Source: Catajapyx aquilonaris (lineage: Eukaryota). From it: a stretch of 20,000 nt of DNA. Location: the NCBI GenBank assembly GCA_000934665.2, contig JYFJ02002013.1, forward strand, positions 44,477 through 64,476, in the 5' to 3' direction. Both the position numbers and the translations under genes were made by a program. Numbering within the stretch: the first letter of the stretch is position 1; the number at the start of each line of letters is the position of its first letter. Positions 1 to 12,825 of this stretch are shown here, piece by piece. Below the pieces are notes generated by a model. That model worked only from the letters and a program-made list of their open reading frames with translations, was not told the origin of the DNA and did no database searches.

Positions 1-270
1 TTTCACTGCGAGTGTAAACTGATCTAACCTAACCTAACCTAACCTAACCTTACCTAACCTATCCTACCTAACCTACCCTACCCTAAGTAACCTAGGCTGA
101 GAAAAATGGACTTTTGTGAAAACCTACAAATGAAAATAGTGGGGACATGTCCCCACTAATTTACACATGTCCCCACTGTAATGGTACACTTCGCGTGTGT
201 GAGACTGTGGGGACCGACAAATGTCCCCACAATTGGAACTGGTCCCCACAGCTACAGTAAAACCACAGAC
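1..270. mobile_element. Probable end of a non-autonomous DNA transposon with subterminal GTGGGGAC repeats (truncated by window start)
   Basis: Six GTGGGGAC/GTCCCCAC motifs (139, 149, 169, 207, 223, 242) in both orientations, a perfect 22-bp palindrome at 137-158 and the adjacent AACCT array. The other end and TSD are not visible. Confidence 0.5.
24..96 (-). repeat. Degenerate (AACCT)n/(TTAGG)n pentamer array
   Basis: ctaacctaacctaacctaacctaacc followed by decaying units; same unit as the arthropod telomeric repeat TTAGG on the minus strand. Confidence 0.9.
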
Positions 271-579
271 TTCCGTCCCCAGACCTTAGTCAAGACCTGA
301 TCAATGGATTTTTTTGTAATGAGTGCAAACAAATGAGTGAAGATGAGCTTTTATGATACCGGTATTCTATATAATTAGCATTTTATGTTAATTAACGACA
401 GTGAATATATTCAGTTTCGAAATTGACTATCTTTTATGGAGGTTATATATATTTTAAAACGGAGCAGAACCATATGTGAACATTGCACTAATTTAGCAAA
501 TAAGCCTTTTTATGAGGGCCTGACGTAAGTAATACCTTACTTCCGACTCAGATTTTGACTAATATTACAGCTATTTTGT

Positions 580-3500
580 TCAACGCAGAATTTGGTGACG
601 GAATGGTGGTGCTTGGCTAACACTCTCTGTCTTAGACCTTTTCCATCGGAGCACTGGCCTGACCGTGAAAAAGTAGATGAGCTCCATTGCGCTGACAAAG
701 CTGAATCCAATGAATAGGCCAACAATGCCACCAAATGCAGCTGAAATAATAGTTATTGCTGTTAACAATATTGTAGATCTAGTAAATACACATGTCATTG
801 CGTTCATTCTTACCAATGAAATCGTTTCCTGAGAAAGTCACGTCGCTTTGGTACTTTACAAAGGTTTCTTTTTTGAAGAACACTCGAAGAAGAACTAATT
901 TGCTTCTGCAATAATTCAAGATAATATTATTAACATTGTTCCAACATATGGAAGAAATTATTTTGTTCTCTCTAACGGTTTAGCTTGACGTTAGATATGA
1001 GCGCGTTTAATGCGTTAACATTTTTACTACTTTCTTTGCCGTCCGACTGGACAAGTGACAGGTACATGTACAGTAGGTCCTACAGGTGCTGTTAATGTCA
1101 CGTTTATGGAAATCTGAATTTATAAAAGAGGCACATCACATGTTTGCGTGAAATGTACCACACTGTACAACGCAGAAGGTTACTATGAATGTTTTATGAG
1201 ACTAAACCTACTGGCCAATATTTTTGCCAACTCACGACATACCCATCCCACTAAGACTATACTACACGCGATTCACCGGTCACGTACTGTACACACCTGT
1301 CAATACCTTCCGGCACATACTTAAGATCTTCTGGATACTTGGGAAATGTTGCTTCGCTGATTTCCTGACTGTAAGTGAACACTTCACATGATGGCGGGCA
1401 GTCGCATTTCTCCATTGACGTGATATTCACTAAACCTTTCACTTTTTTCGTGGGAGTGACTGATAAAAACTTGGCTGCAATGCATAATATATTAATATTC
1501 ATCGCTGTATGTTAGAGGAGATAATTATTATTTTTGTTTCACTTTTACAAAATGAGCCCATTCCTTAGTCCCATAATATTGAATCTAAAAATTATTAATT
1601 CTCCCATAAGGAGAGTATGGATCAACATCAAGTACTTTTTTGTTGAAGCTACTATGTATTAGTAGACTCTATATGATTATTAAATAAGTAAACTTGCTGG
1701 ATTGGAACGACACACAGTTTCTTACTTGTATGCTTGTTGATGCATTGTATTCCTGTGTAGTTGCAGCTAGTATGATTGGCTGGAAAGAAAATATGTCACT
1801 TTAAAATAATAACATATCATTATTACTTATTATGTTTCACATGCATAAGAATCGGTGTTATTACGAAGACACATTCTGCTTAATAAGTGAACGGAGCTCA
1901 ACAAAACACTAACTTGCATGCTAAATTGACAGCTATTAGAGAAACTCACGTAAGCGAAAGTACATGTAAGGGACACAGCCACACGTGTCATTCATGGAGG
2001 TCAGGCCGCACTCCATTCGACAGTTGTCGTAGGAATACCCAGGGAAATACTTCAGCTTTATCTCATGCTTGTATCGGCAATCACGTTTTGACATGGGAGT
2101 GTCTAGAATCCTCTTCGTAGTTGTTGTGGCAGTCGGAGTCACTGCTACGTACATTTCCTTGCCAGCCTCCACCAAAAAAGACTTGGTGGCAGCAAAGGGA
2201 AAGTCTTGCGGATGGTTAATCCTCACCTATACACCAAGGCAAAAAGATGTCATGATTGCATATGATACGCTGCAAAATCATCCAAACAAATGACAGAGAA
2301 AATATGGTCGAGAAATTATTTTACTCTGACGAATGTTATACACGTAACCTTGAATCCGTGCATGTTGTGGGAAAATGAGTAATATTCTTCCACTTCTGGA
2401 TTTAGCAGGACCACCAATCCCACGTTTGGTCCAGCTCCGTTTACTTTTCTGGGACTTTTAAGTTCTCTGGCAATAAATGTGTTCATCATATTACTACAAC
2501 ACTAGTAGAAGGTGTAGTTACGCAAAGGACAATCACTGTGTACTAGTAGTTAATGAAAATAATATTAAAATCTCACGATATCTCTATATAGCATACATGT
2601 AGTGTGAGAGGTCACAGATATCACACTGATGCTGCATATACTTGCCCATTCAAGTCCACAGAGTTGAATCCCCAGCAATATCCTGCATCCGTCTCTCTCG
2701 TTTCAAATATTTCTGAACAGTTGACTGATTTGCTTATCCACCAGCACTTGACAGCCATACGTTCTATTGGCTGCATCACCTATACGGAAACAGCAAATGT
2801 ACGTAATATGATTCATGTATGAGGGAGAGAGTGGTTGTTTTGGTGCTTTTACATTCTTAGCACATGCTGACATAATTATTTTACTAAGCGAGAAAATTGA
2901 GCATATTGTTTCAATATTATTAGAAGGCAATTGATAAGTAACAATAATTTCGTTTTGACGTTGAATAAGTTAGCAGGTGAATAAGAGTGATGCAGAATAA
3001 GTGAAAGGTTTGCAATAATTAATCAATTAATTAATTAATGGAATGAGGTTTCCCCTGCCTACACTACAAACAGCTTGAAGAAGTGAACAGGAGAGCAATC
3101 TCAGGTGAAATAATTATAGATGATCCACCTAGAGGTGACTAATAGCCATTTAAGTGAAAGAAAAATCTGGAGAAATCTTGGGTTCCTTAGAATGCCTACT
3201 AATATTCTGTCATTACCACTTACGTTTCTTAATTTTCCAAGGAAAAATTATATATTTCCAATTAACTTATATTTTCTGTTCATTTGCTTTCTCATAACAA
3301 CTCACCCTTCTCATTAATAAACTGAGGCGTAATCCTCTGACATGTTCTACCGCCTCTTCGAACTCTTCTGTCTTCTCATTAGAGTTAGACTCGTTGGTCT
3401 GCGCATGCCCAGTTCTTGCCATAAAATCTACAATGGCTTCCACAGTTTTTTCAGAATATTGACTATATCTGAAACAATAATATTACGATTAAAATTATAA

Positions 3501-4237
3501 TACATATAACCTACAGTACATTATATTATTACGTATTATATTATATTATATTATATTATATTATATTGTTGCTCTTTGTGTTACACTTTACACTGTAATA
3601 TTACTTGCTTTCAATGATTGATACTGACCTTTATTTAAAACGTACTGTATACTGGCTAAAATGTTTCGGATGACTAGAATGAGCACGTACATTCTGTGCC
3701 TATATACACGAAGTTTATAAATATTTCTGATTCGTTGAGGATGTAATTACGCGAAATCTTAGTTTTATTATTTTTACGATATTAAATACAACTCCACTCT
3801 TTACGCCGATACCGATGCTACAAAATTAATATCTTTAATATTTTCAGAGTAGCCTAACTATCGCGTTTTTTGACGTTTCATTGCGAACGCTCCAATCATC
3901 TGAAACATTTTTGCCAGAGTTAAGTAATTAATTACGTACAATTTAGAAGAATTTCGAATGCTTAGGACCCGTGTTTTCAATGCCTTATTCACATTGCATA
4001 TGGTCACTCCTGGAAAGGGGACGCTCCAAATTGGCTCCGCAACAGATTCTATAGTAGTAGAGATTGGTACTTCTATATATCTCTCAAAAATGGGACGCAA
4101 GTAAAATGCCGTTCCTATTATTGCGCCAGAGCAAAATAATATCCACAGTACCCTGAAAGTGAGGGGTATTAGTGAGGCTGCGGAGACCAAGCAACACATG
4201 TATCTGAACTTTATGTTCTTATTCAGAGGCTTTTTTG

Positions 4238-4288
<51 letters not shown>

Positions 4289-4604
4289 AACACCCTGCAT
4301 GTCATGAGCAGAACCTATACCTCTCAAATGTCAAATTTGAGTCCTCAGTAATGTACTTGAATCCATGTAGCGAAGTGTTGTCGCAATAACTCTTGACGCA
4401 GTCGTAAGAAAAGTCTGAGTTTGGGACTTTCTTCGGAGTTTGCTGCTTTTGTGGCAGAAAGACTATCCGATTCAGAGAATTCCATGTCACTTCCTTAGCC
4501 TGTGAATATATTGTTGCTGTGTTCACCGTTTGATTCTTTCTCGTCCAGGTTTCAATTGAAGGAGCATTCTTTGCGACGTAATGACGATTATCAATTTTCT
4601 CCAT
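580..4604 (-). CDS. ppk: DEG/ENaC (pickpocket-like) sodium channel subunit, copy A, 10 coding exons, about 557-564 aa
   Basis: Hand-spliced exons: 4604-4321, 4152-3940, 3468-3306, 2779-2646 (GC donor; alternative GT end 2625), 2466-2349, 2226-1950, 1779-1726, 1474-1297, 905-814, 740-580; frame preserved. Family motifs: YCDNTSLHGFKYI (pre-TM1 HG), TM1 VLWILFC, PFPGVTICNVN, GYCWGFNS, GAGPNVGL, Cys-rich NCRMEC/CGCVPY/CDCPPSC, TM2 AFGGIVGLFIGFS. The symbol is family-level only; the ortholog number cannot be assigned. Confidence 0.93.
3534..3567. repeat. (TATTA)n microsatellite in intron 2 of copy A
   Basis: About 7 tandem units read directly. Confidence 0.9.
4239..4286. repeat. (AAT)16 microsatellite in intron 1 of copy A
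   Basis: 48 bp perfect trinucleotide run; it explains the poly-Ile ORF 4159-4389. Confidence 0.97.
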
Positions 4605-6222
4605 ATTTGGCGGTTTCCGTTAAGAGTATAATAATCTGTTAAGAAATATTCAGGGGTTCCGATTGAAATGATCGTGTTATTCATTTGGCGTGGACTGTTA
4701 GAAATATTATAATAACAATAAAATAATGAAAGCCACCATTATTCTTAACAATTTAAGTTGTGAAGTCAAGACATACCTTCTGCACGTCCTGATCATGTGT
4801 TGCAAGCGTTGAGGACTCAGCTCGCGCTCAGCTAATGCCAATAGTTAATGACACCCAGAGGAGAAAATAGGTCTTCTAGTAGTATTGCACATGCGATTTG
4901 GGTCTGTATAATCAGACTCATGGAGATTTTATGTCTATCGAGGGACTATTCATGGTCATGACCATATATTATAGAGGTAGCCTGGGGAAAAGTGCAAGGT
5001 AGTGTTTCCACACGACATTATTTTATTGACTGCTGGTAATTGTCATCTTAAGAGGTCTGTCCCAGAAAATAATGCACCAAACATTTGCTGCATTGCACCT
5101 ATATTGTTTCGTAACTGATACAGATAAACCAATAAATTAATGTTTAAATGCTGGTTCTGAGATCAGAGATTCATTTATTTCAAGCAGTGGTGTCGCATGT
5201 TTTCTTCAGCCTTTTACCAAGATTCACTGAACACATTCTGGCATGCTTGTGCCCCCTCCTCATGCGACTTTCATTTATAATAAATACAGTAACAATATGA
5301 CAGTTGCAGCTTGAGTTATACTGTACATAATTACGTATATGCTAGGGATATATCAATATATGGTAGCATGCATTTACTCACATCCAGATGATGGAATGGG
5401 ATCTTCGCAAATATTAACTGCAGCTCTGCATGAATTTCTTTGCGACTTAGGTGCAACGAGCTCGCTGCGTCACTTCGAGGAATTATTGAATGTGAGAGTA
5501 TGGCAGCCAACGTTTCATGTGTGTCGGAGACGAACTTGATCCTCGTGATTGATTACGACAAGCAAGCAATGCTTTGAAGAATTAATTTACATGGGACCTG
5601 GAATTTTTTACCCATCTGATTTTCTGGCGCACTAATATTATGAACCATAGTACACCATTTAAATAAATTAATCCAAGTATCGTAACTTGATTGTAGACAT
5701 CATACATTTCGGGCATGAATTTGCCTTCTATTGCCTTGTATTGAATTTAAATTTATTGGTGGTTTAATTATTTTGATACAAAACTGGGAACTTATTAGGT
5801 GATAGCAGGCAGTAACAAAGATAATGGAAGCGTTATGGACCGGTTCCGCTTAGGAATGTAATTATCTTTAATTATAATTAGATTTTCAACAAAAAACAAG
5901 GAAAATAAACAAAACCGATGAATACAGAGATCTCTGAGGCCCTGACATTCATTCTTTTAAGTTTGTCTGTATCATTACAAAGAAAGTTTCAGTCACATTC
6001 TAACCATTCACTCAAAGGAAATGCAGCGAAGGATTTACCAAAAGCTATACCTTTATTGTGCTACTCAAGGTGCTACTGTATACATTTACTGTGCATAAAT
6101 TGCTATTGTCATACTGTAGGCTATTGGACGATAGAAGTTTAAAGAGGTCGCGGCATCACTTCAAAGAATTATTGACAAATGTGGTAGAATGATCATAGTG
6201 TTATGATCTGCTATTGTGATTA

Positions 6223-8811
6223 TCAGCGAATCAGTCCTCGACGCCAGGGTGTCGAGATATTCACACGCGGCGTGGCATGTTTCCATCGAAGGATTGGTCT
6301 AATAGTGAAGAAGTAGATAACCTCAGCTATGCTGACAAAGCTGAATCCGATGAACAAACCTACTATTCCGCCGAATGAGGCTTTTAAAAAAGGAATCGGG
6401 AATGTTATGATTGTCATGTGTGGTTCTGACACATTGTGATGAACTTACCGATGAAGTCGCTTGCTGTGTACATCAGGTCCCTTTGATACAGGACGAACGT
6501 TTCGGACTTGAAGAACACGCGAAGGAGAACCAAGTTGGTCCTGAGCGGAATATTATTCGTTGCTTAAGCATTTGACAGTAATAAGCTTCATTTCATCCAT
6601 GAATTTACTCACTTGTCTATCTTCTCGTCCACATAATCAAGATCGGTTGTAAATCTGGGGAATATGGCTTCACTGGTCTCGTAAGTGTAGGCGAGGGCGT
6701 TGCAATTGGGACGACATGCGCAATCTTCCATGGAATCTATTTCTTCAAGTCCTTCTACTGTCTCATGTGGATTCACCGTCAAAAATCTTGCTGCATTTGG
6801 GAAGAGTTGCATAATTAATTATGATGCTCCATAGAATTATGAACATTATTCGCATAAAGCCAGTGCATACTTGAATGCTTATTGATGCATTGTAATCCTT
6901 TGTAATTGCACTGCAGTTGGTTACCTGCAAAAAAATAAAAATTAGAAGTAGTTTTGACAGGAATCAATATCTCAGATACCGAGTAAGAAACTCACTCAAT
7001 TGGGAATACATGTAAGGAACGCAGCGACAGGTTTTGTTCATGGAAGCTAAGACGCACTCCATGCGACAATTGACGAAACTGTATGAGGGATAATAATCCA
7101 GAGATATCTCATCTTCGAAGCGGCACAATCGTTTCGAGGGAGGAGTTTTCTTAACGTCCTTAGTGCTCTTGGTGCGTGTCGGTGTGACGGCCACGTACAT
7201 CTCCTTGCCCGACTCCAGAAGAAATCCCTTGGCTCCAATATTCGCGAAATTCATTGGATTGTGAATCCTTACCTGCGAACATCAGTAGAGAAATAATCTT
7301 TGAAAAGTTAAGAACAGTACAACTAAGAAAACACTTGCAATTAAATTGTTATAATTTTCGAATATTCAGTGATCATATTACTGGAGAGAAATCGCCTATA
7401 CCTTGAATCCATAAATATTGTTAGTGTAAGAAGAATAACTCTCTATGTCGGGGTTCAACAGCACTGTTAATCCAATGTGTGGCCCAGCTCCGTTTACAAC
7501 TTTTGGTTTAAAAGTGTCGTGAGTTCTGAAAAATTAATATTACAAGTAGTAATAACTTAAATTACATTATAACTACTACACTGTGGTGCGGCTATTATAA
7601 AATATGCAGTGCCATAATATCCGCTTACTTTTCGTTTTTTAACTTCTGAGACACAGAATTGAAGCCCCAGCAGAATCCTTCGTCGGTGCCTCTCAGTGCA
7701 AATATTTCAGAGCAATTCACTATTTTACTTAACCACCAGCATCTAATGGCCACACGCTCAATGTGCTCCTTCACCTGAAATACGCACGAAGAATGATACA
7801 CATGGTCAGACCTATGCTGTTGAGTAATTAGAAATGACCATGAAAAGTCTGGTCTATCAATAATAATTCTCACATTGTGTCATAGTCATCCTGTTTATTC
7901 TGAAAAAAAAAAAATCTTACCTCCTTCATCAATTCCTCCAAACCTGCTACTTTCACTTCTTCGTCAATGACTTCTTTGATGTCCTCTTCGGATACCTGCG
8001 GAGGACTTCGAGTGGATTGGCCTATTTGAGCCAAGTATTGGACAACTTCACGAATAACATCTGGACGGTACTTTTTCCACCTTAAAAGCCATATAATAAT
8101 AGTGCAATTTATACTGTATTTGCTTGGCAGCCCCAGGTGACTGAACTTCAGGAAATAATAACGTGTTAATATAGACACAATTTCCGTAGTTATCTTTAAC
8201 TTATGTTCATATATAGTTGTCCATAAAATTTGAAGTTAAGTGCTCTATTTGTACCTTTCTGTTTGCATAAGTGCATCAAGTTTACGTTTTGCTGCCTTGT
8301 TGTTGTTGCATATGGTAACTCCTGGAAATGGCACTCTCCAAATGGGTTCTGCCACTGACTCAATGCTTGTGGAAATAGGCGTTTGCATGTATTTCTCAAA
8401 CGCTGGTTGCAGAAATAATGCTGTTCCTATTATTGCGCATATGCAAAATAATATCCACATTATTCTGAAAGGTAATGAGCCTGTTTCTAATTGTTCTTAA
8501 AGTACCAATGTAATTTATGCAACAGAGTACCTTTCAATATTCAAATTTGAATTTTCGGTAATATATTTGAATCCATGCAGAGAGGTGTTGTCACAGTAAT
8601 CTTTCACACACTTGTACACAAACTCAGAGTTGACTTTATGGTGACGTGACTCTTGAGTGTGTGTGATCAGTTCATGTTTGATGGAAGTCAATCCCAGCTC
8701 CTTTTCCCAAGAGTATACTGGAGTAATCGTTTGATTTTTCTTCTTCTTCCAAGGGAGAATAGAAATAGCAACGGCCTTGAAGTAATTTGCGCCTTTTCCA
8801 AAGCTACTCAT
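6223..8811 (-). CDS. ppk: DEG/ENaC (pickpocket-like) channel subunit, copy B, 10 coding exons, 559 aa
   Basis: Exons 8811-8531, 8464-8255, 8080-7921, 7774-7629, 7525-7402, 7272-6996, 6924-6871, 6790-6613, 6540-6449, 6380-6223; all GT-AG, 1680 nt in frame. Motifs TSLHGFKYI, PFPGVTICNNN, CWWLSKIVNC, GFCWGFNS, CRCVPYMY, SFGGIVGLFIGFS. Confidence 0.94.
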
Positions 8812-9259
8812 ACTGGCGACTAAATACAATAAAAAATGAGTAAAGTTTAGAAACACTTTCACGGACACTACTTCACTCGGACAGAACTTTGTGAATAGAG
8901 TCGGATTTTTTAATTAAGCGCAAGTTTTAAATATCCAGATATTTTGCACAGAGTTGCAACTGGAATATAGAATTAAGACTGCTGATAAATAATGGGTCTA
9001 AACATCAGTTTGTTCCAAATAGGAATGCACCGCTAAAATGTTCGTACTTGGATCAATCTGGCCTGCAACAAGCTTCCCTATATTAGCAGCACATACACTC
9101 GCCCTGTATACCTATACCATCATATTAAACCAATTTAAGCTACTGTATATCTGGCACCGTATACTGTGTCAGAGTTACGGCGACCCGACCATAAAGGCCC
9201 CGCGACAATCTGGTACCGTACCCCAAATTTGTGATTCAATGCATTTTTATGACCAATTA

Positions 9260-9517
9260 ATACGTTACCTTACATGCGTCGGCCATTCTGCTTCTAAATT
9301 ATTGTATCACAACTTCTTGACGACTCAATTATAAGTTTTGCACTGCTGACCTTATCGGTTAGTGCAACTTGACGACGGGCCTTGGAGAATGAAAAACCCG
9401 AAACAAAAACAAGTTTACCCAGCAATGTATTGAAATGCAACGACGTACTCAAGGAGACCAAGTATTTTGTCTACCAAGTTGTCTACAGACATCTGATTGA
9501 TATGATACCAAAGAAAC
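9260..9517 (-). promoter_or_regulatory. Conserved upstream block of copy B: putative promoter and non-coding first exon
   Basis: Colinear with 14508-14712 and 19044-19278: donor AAG|GTAACG (9268), CTTGACGAC x2 (9316, 9368), GGAGACCAAGTATTTTG (9453), GATATGATACCAAAGAAAC (9499). Confidence 0.65.
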
Positions 9518-10794
9518 AATAGCGTTTGCTTGAATAATGCAAGTAAATATTGGATAGACGAATAATTTATTTGTTCACTGAGCCGTTCTTCAGATCAGCA
9601 AACATTTTTAATACAAAACAGGTGTTCATTACATGAGACAAAAATTCATAAAAAATCTTAGTTGTTGACCAAGTTAAGTAGAGAGCAAATTTCTGGTCTT
9701 TCCAGTGTCCGTTATGTAGACATGATAATATACTGTATAAACAAAGGACACACGGTATATCTTTTACCTTCGGACCGACCGTAATGCAGTATTATTGTGC
9801 CATATTCCGCGACAAAAATTATCCGTTGGTCATAGTACGTCGTACCTTACAGCTGCATTATAATAATTATTTTAAATTGAATTAAACAGCGGGTAACATG
9901 GATTGTAGGACCTCCTGAATGGGTTTCATTCAATAACCACATTTCTCGTATACTGTAATTAGCTTATTCCCTTAACAAAAATTAACTTTATTTCAAAGGA
10001 TGTGAAGCTGAGCATGTGCCAAACCTTGCCAATCCCTCGATATATATTTTAAAAATATCGTATGTAATGATCTCCAAACTCTCAGCAAATGATCGAAAGT
10101 CTGTGCATGATTGTGACTTTTGAGCAAGGCACTACACGCGTAGTCCCTACGGCCTTAAGATCATCATCATTGTTGTTACTTGTTATTGTTATTGATACCG
10201 GTACTGGTGATACTGGTGTCACTCAGACGGGAGCTGCAAACGAGATAGTGGAGGTATGGAGATGACAACATGCAAGTGAACAGAGTTTAGTACATGATGG
10301 GGTGTATTGTTTTATTTAACAGTAACAACTGCGACAACTTTCAAAATAATAATCATTAGTGCTAATCGATACTTACATCATGCGCAAAATAATTATACAT
10401 ATGCATGTCACTTACATCGGTGATGATATTGTTTGTCACAGAAGACAACTTGCCAAGGCAAAGTGCTGCACAGATGCCATAATTGTACAGATCAAATCTA
10501 CTGATAGAAATGCTAGAGAGATCATTCAGAATACTGCATACGTACTATGTGTGTACACAAGAACAGGAAAGTCTTGCAAAATCTATGACGAACAATTTTA
10601 TAAAATAGTGTCTTGCAGGCATTCCCTTATTTCTAAAATTGGTGTCTCAACATGGGATTCAGTGATAAAGTATGAACGAAATAATGCTAAGTAGCTTACA
10701 ACAGGTTTGAGGTACAGTTTCAGTTGCATTGCTAGACCTTTGTTACCATGCACCCATCTAGACAGCTCCAGAAACTCTGTTACATTCTCATCAT

Positions 10795-12825
10795 TCATTG
10801 ACGCCAAGGTGTGGAGATATCTGAATGCTTCTTGGCATATTTCCATCGAAGGATCGGTCTAATAGTGAAGAAGTAGATGATCTCAGCTAGGCTGACGACA
10901 CTGAATCCGATGAACAGGCCTACTATTCCACCGAATGAGGCTGTAATAAGGGGTGGATCATATTATACTAATATGTGTGGCTCTTTCTTATCTTACCTAT
11001 GAAGTCATTTGCAGAGTAAACCAAATCCCGTTGATACAGAACGAACGTTTCTGATTTGAAGAACACTCGAAGAAGAACCAAGTTGTTCCTGAGTAGAAGG
11101 TTATATTTGTTACTTACGCACTGGAGAGTTAGCTTATACGTCATTCCCTCCACGAATTTACTCACTTGTCTATCTTCTCGTCCACATAATCAAGATCGGT
11201 TGTAAATCTGGGGAATGTGGCTTCACTGGTCTCGTAAGTGTAGGAGAGGGCGTTGCAATTGGGACGACATGTGCAATCTTGCATGGAATCTATTTCTTCA
11301 AGTCCTTCCACTGTCTCATGTGGATTCACCGTCAAAAATCTTGCTGCATTTGGAAATAGTTGCATAATTAATTATGATGCTCCATAGAATTATGAACATT
11401 ATTTGCATAAAGCCAGTGCATACTTGTATGCTTATTGATGCATTGTATTCCTTTGTAATTGCACTGCAGTTGGTTACCTGCAAAGAATTAAAAATTAGAA
11501 GTAGTTTTGACAGGAATCAATATCTCAGATACCGAGTAAGAGACTCACTCAATTGGGAATACATGTAAGGAACGCAGCGACAGGTTTTGTTCATGGAAGC
11601 TAAGACGCACTCCATGCGACAATTGACGAAACTGTATGAGGGATAATAATCCAGAGATATCTCATCTCCGAAGCGGCACAATCGTTTCGAGGGAGGAGTT
11701 TGCTTAACGTCCTTAGTGCTTTTGGTGCGTGTCGGTGTGACGGCCACGTACATCTCCTTGCCGGACTCCAGAAGAAATCCCTTGGCTCCAATATTCGGGA
11801 AATTCATTGGATTGTGAATCCGTACCTATGAACATCAGTAGAGGAATCTTTGAAAAGTTAAAAACAGTACAACTAAGAAAACACTTGCAATTAAATTGTT
11901 ATAATTTTCGAATACGCATTGAGCATATTACTGGAGAGAAATCGCCTACCTTGAATCCATAAATATTGTTAGTGTAAGAAGAATAACTCTCTATGTCGGG
12001 GTTCAACAGCACTGTTAATCCAATATGTGGCCCAGCTCCGTTTACAACTTTTGGTTTAAAAGTGTCGTGAGTTCTGAAAAATAATTATTACAAGTAGTAA
12101 TAACTTACATTACATAGAACATGGCACAATTCATTATTGAAATATTCATTTTTGGTTAGAGATACTTGCCCTAAACTTCTTTTTATTATGCAATTAGGGG
12201 CATTCCACATCAAGGGGGTAACCACTTCGGTACTCCGGTGTACACATGCGAGTGGTACTCCAGGTACTCCTCAGGTACCTCTCTTATTATTACTCCTTGG
12301 TACTCCTTGAATTTGGTACTCTAGTGTACACTTTTCAGTCGAGTGATTACCCCCTTGTTCCACATACGTAAATTCAAATCAAGAGTGTAGTAGTGTCTCG
12401 GATTTCTTTCCGACCTTGTAATATGGACCATGTTTTCCCGTAATATGACCGAAGATGGTTGGAAGAGATCTTAAATTAATCACAAAACGGGGAGGCGAAG
12501 TGGCGCTGCGGAAACGTACGCGCCCACGGATGTAAGGGTCCCGGGTTCGATACCAAGCCCGGGCATCCGCCCCTTCATCTCGTGCAGAATTGGGTCGTCT
12601 CTGGCTTCGTCTCGGGTGGGATTCCTTGAGACTAACCACCCGGGGGAGTTCACAAAATGTACCAAGTTTAGACATTGCACTGCACATTGCACATCCCCTC
12701 CTACTCATCCCCCCTTCGCTCGCGGTACCCGGGCGTTACGGAATAGGACCACTTGTAAAGCTTGTACATCTGAAGCATAATAAAGGTACCGTGCCAGATG
12801 CCCAAGAAAGGCGGTGCACTAACCC

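Noticed and set aside
24..96. True telomere
   Set aside because: Short, degenerate and flanked by non-telomeric sequence on both sides.
5140..5560. Possible extra gene between copies A and B (ORF 5339-5539; minus-strand GTGAGT near 5380)
   Set aside because: No recognisable domain or consistent exon chain on either strand.
10598..10846. 82-aa ORF MEICQEAF and its counterpart MEICQAEY at 15067-15249
   Set aside because: Alternative frame of exon 10 running into the 3' UTR; similarity ends with the shared exon sequence.
7047..11791. Duplicated 63-aa ORF MEPRDFFWS (7047-7238 and 11600-11791)
   Set aside because: Off-frame reading of exon 6; its duplication is explained by the B/C conversion tract.
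12229..12322. CRISPR-like array of GGTACTCC repeats
   Set aside because: Units are 7-8 bp, irregularly spaced, inside a MITE in eukaryotic DNA, with no cas genes.
12489..12572. Functional tRNA gene
   Set aside because: A/B-box-like motifs are present but I could not build a convincing cloverleaf, and the sequence runs on into a SINE-like body and tail.
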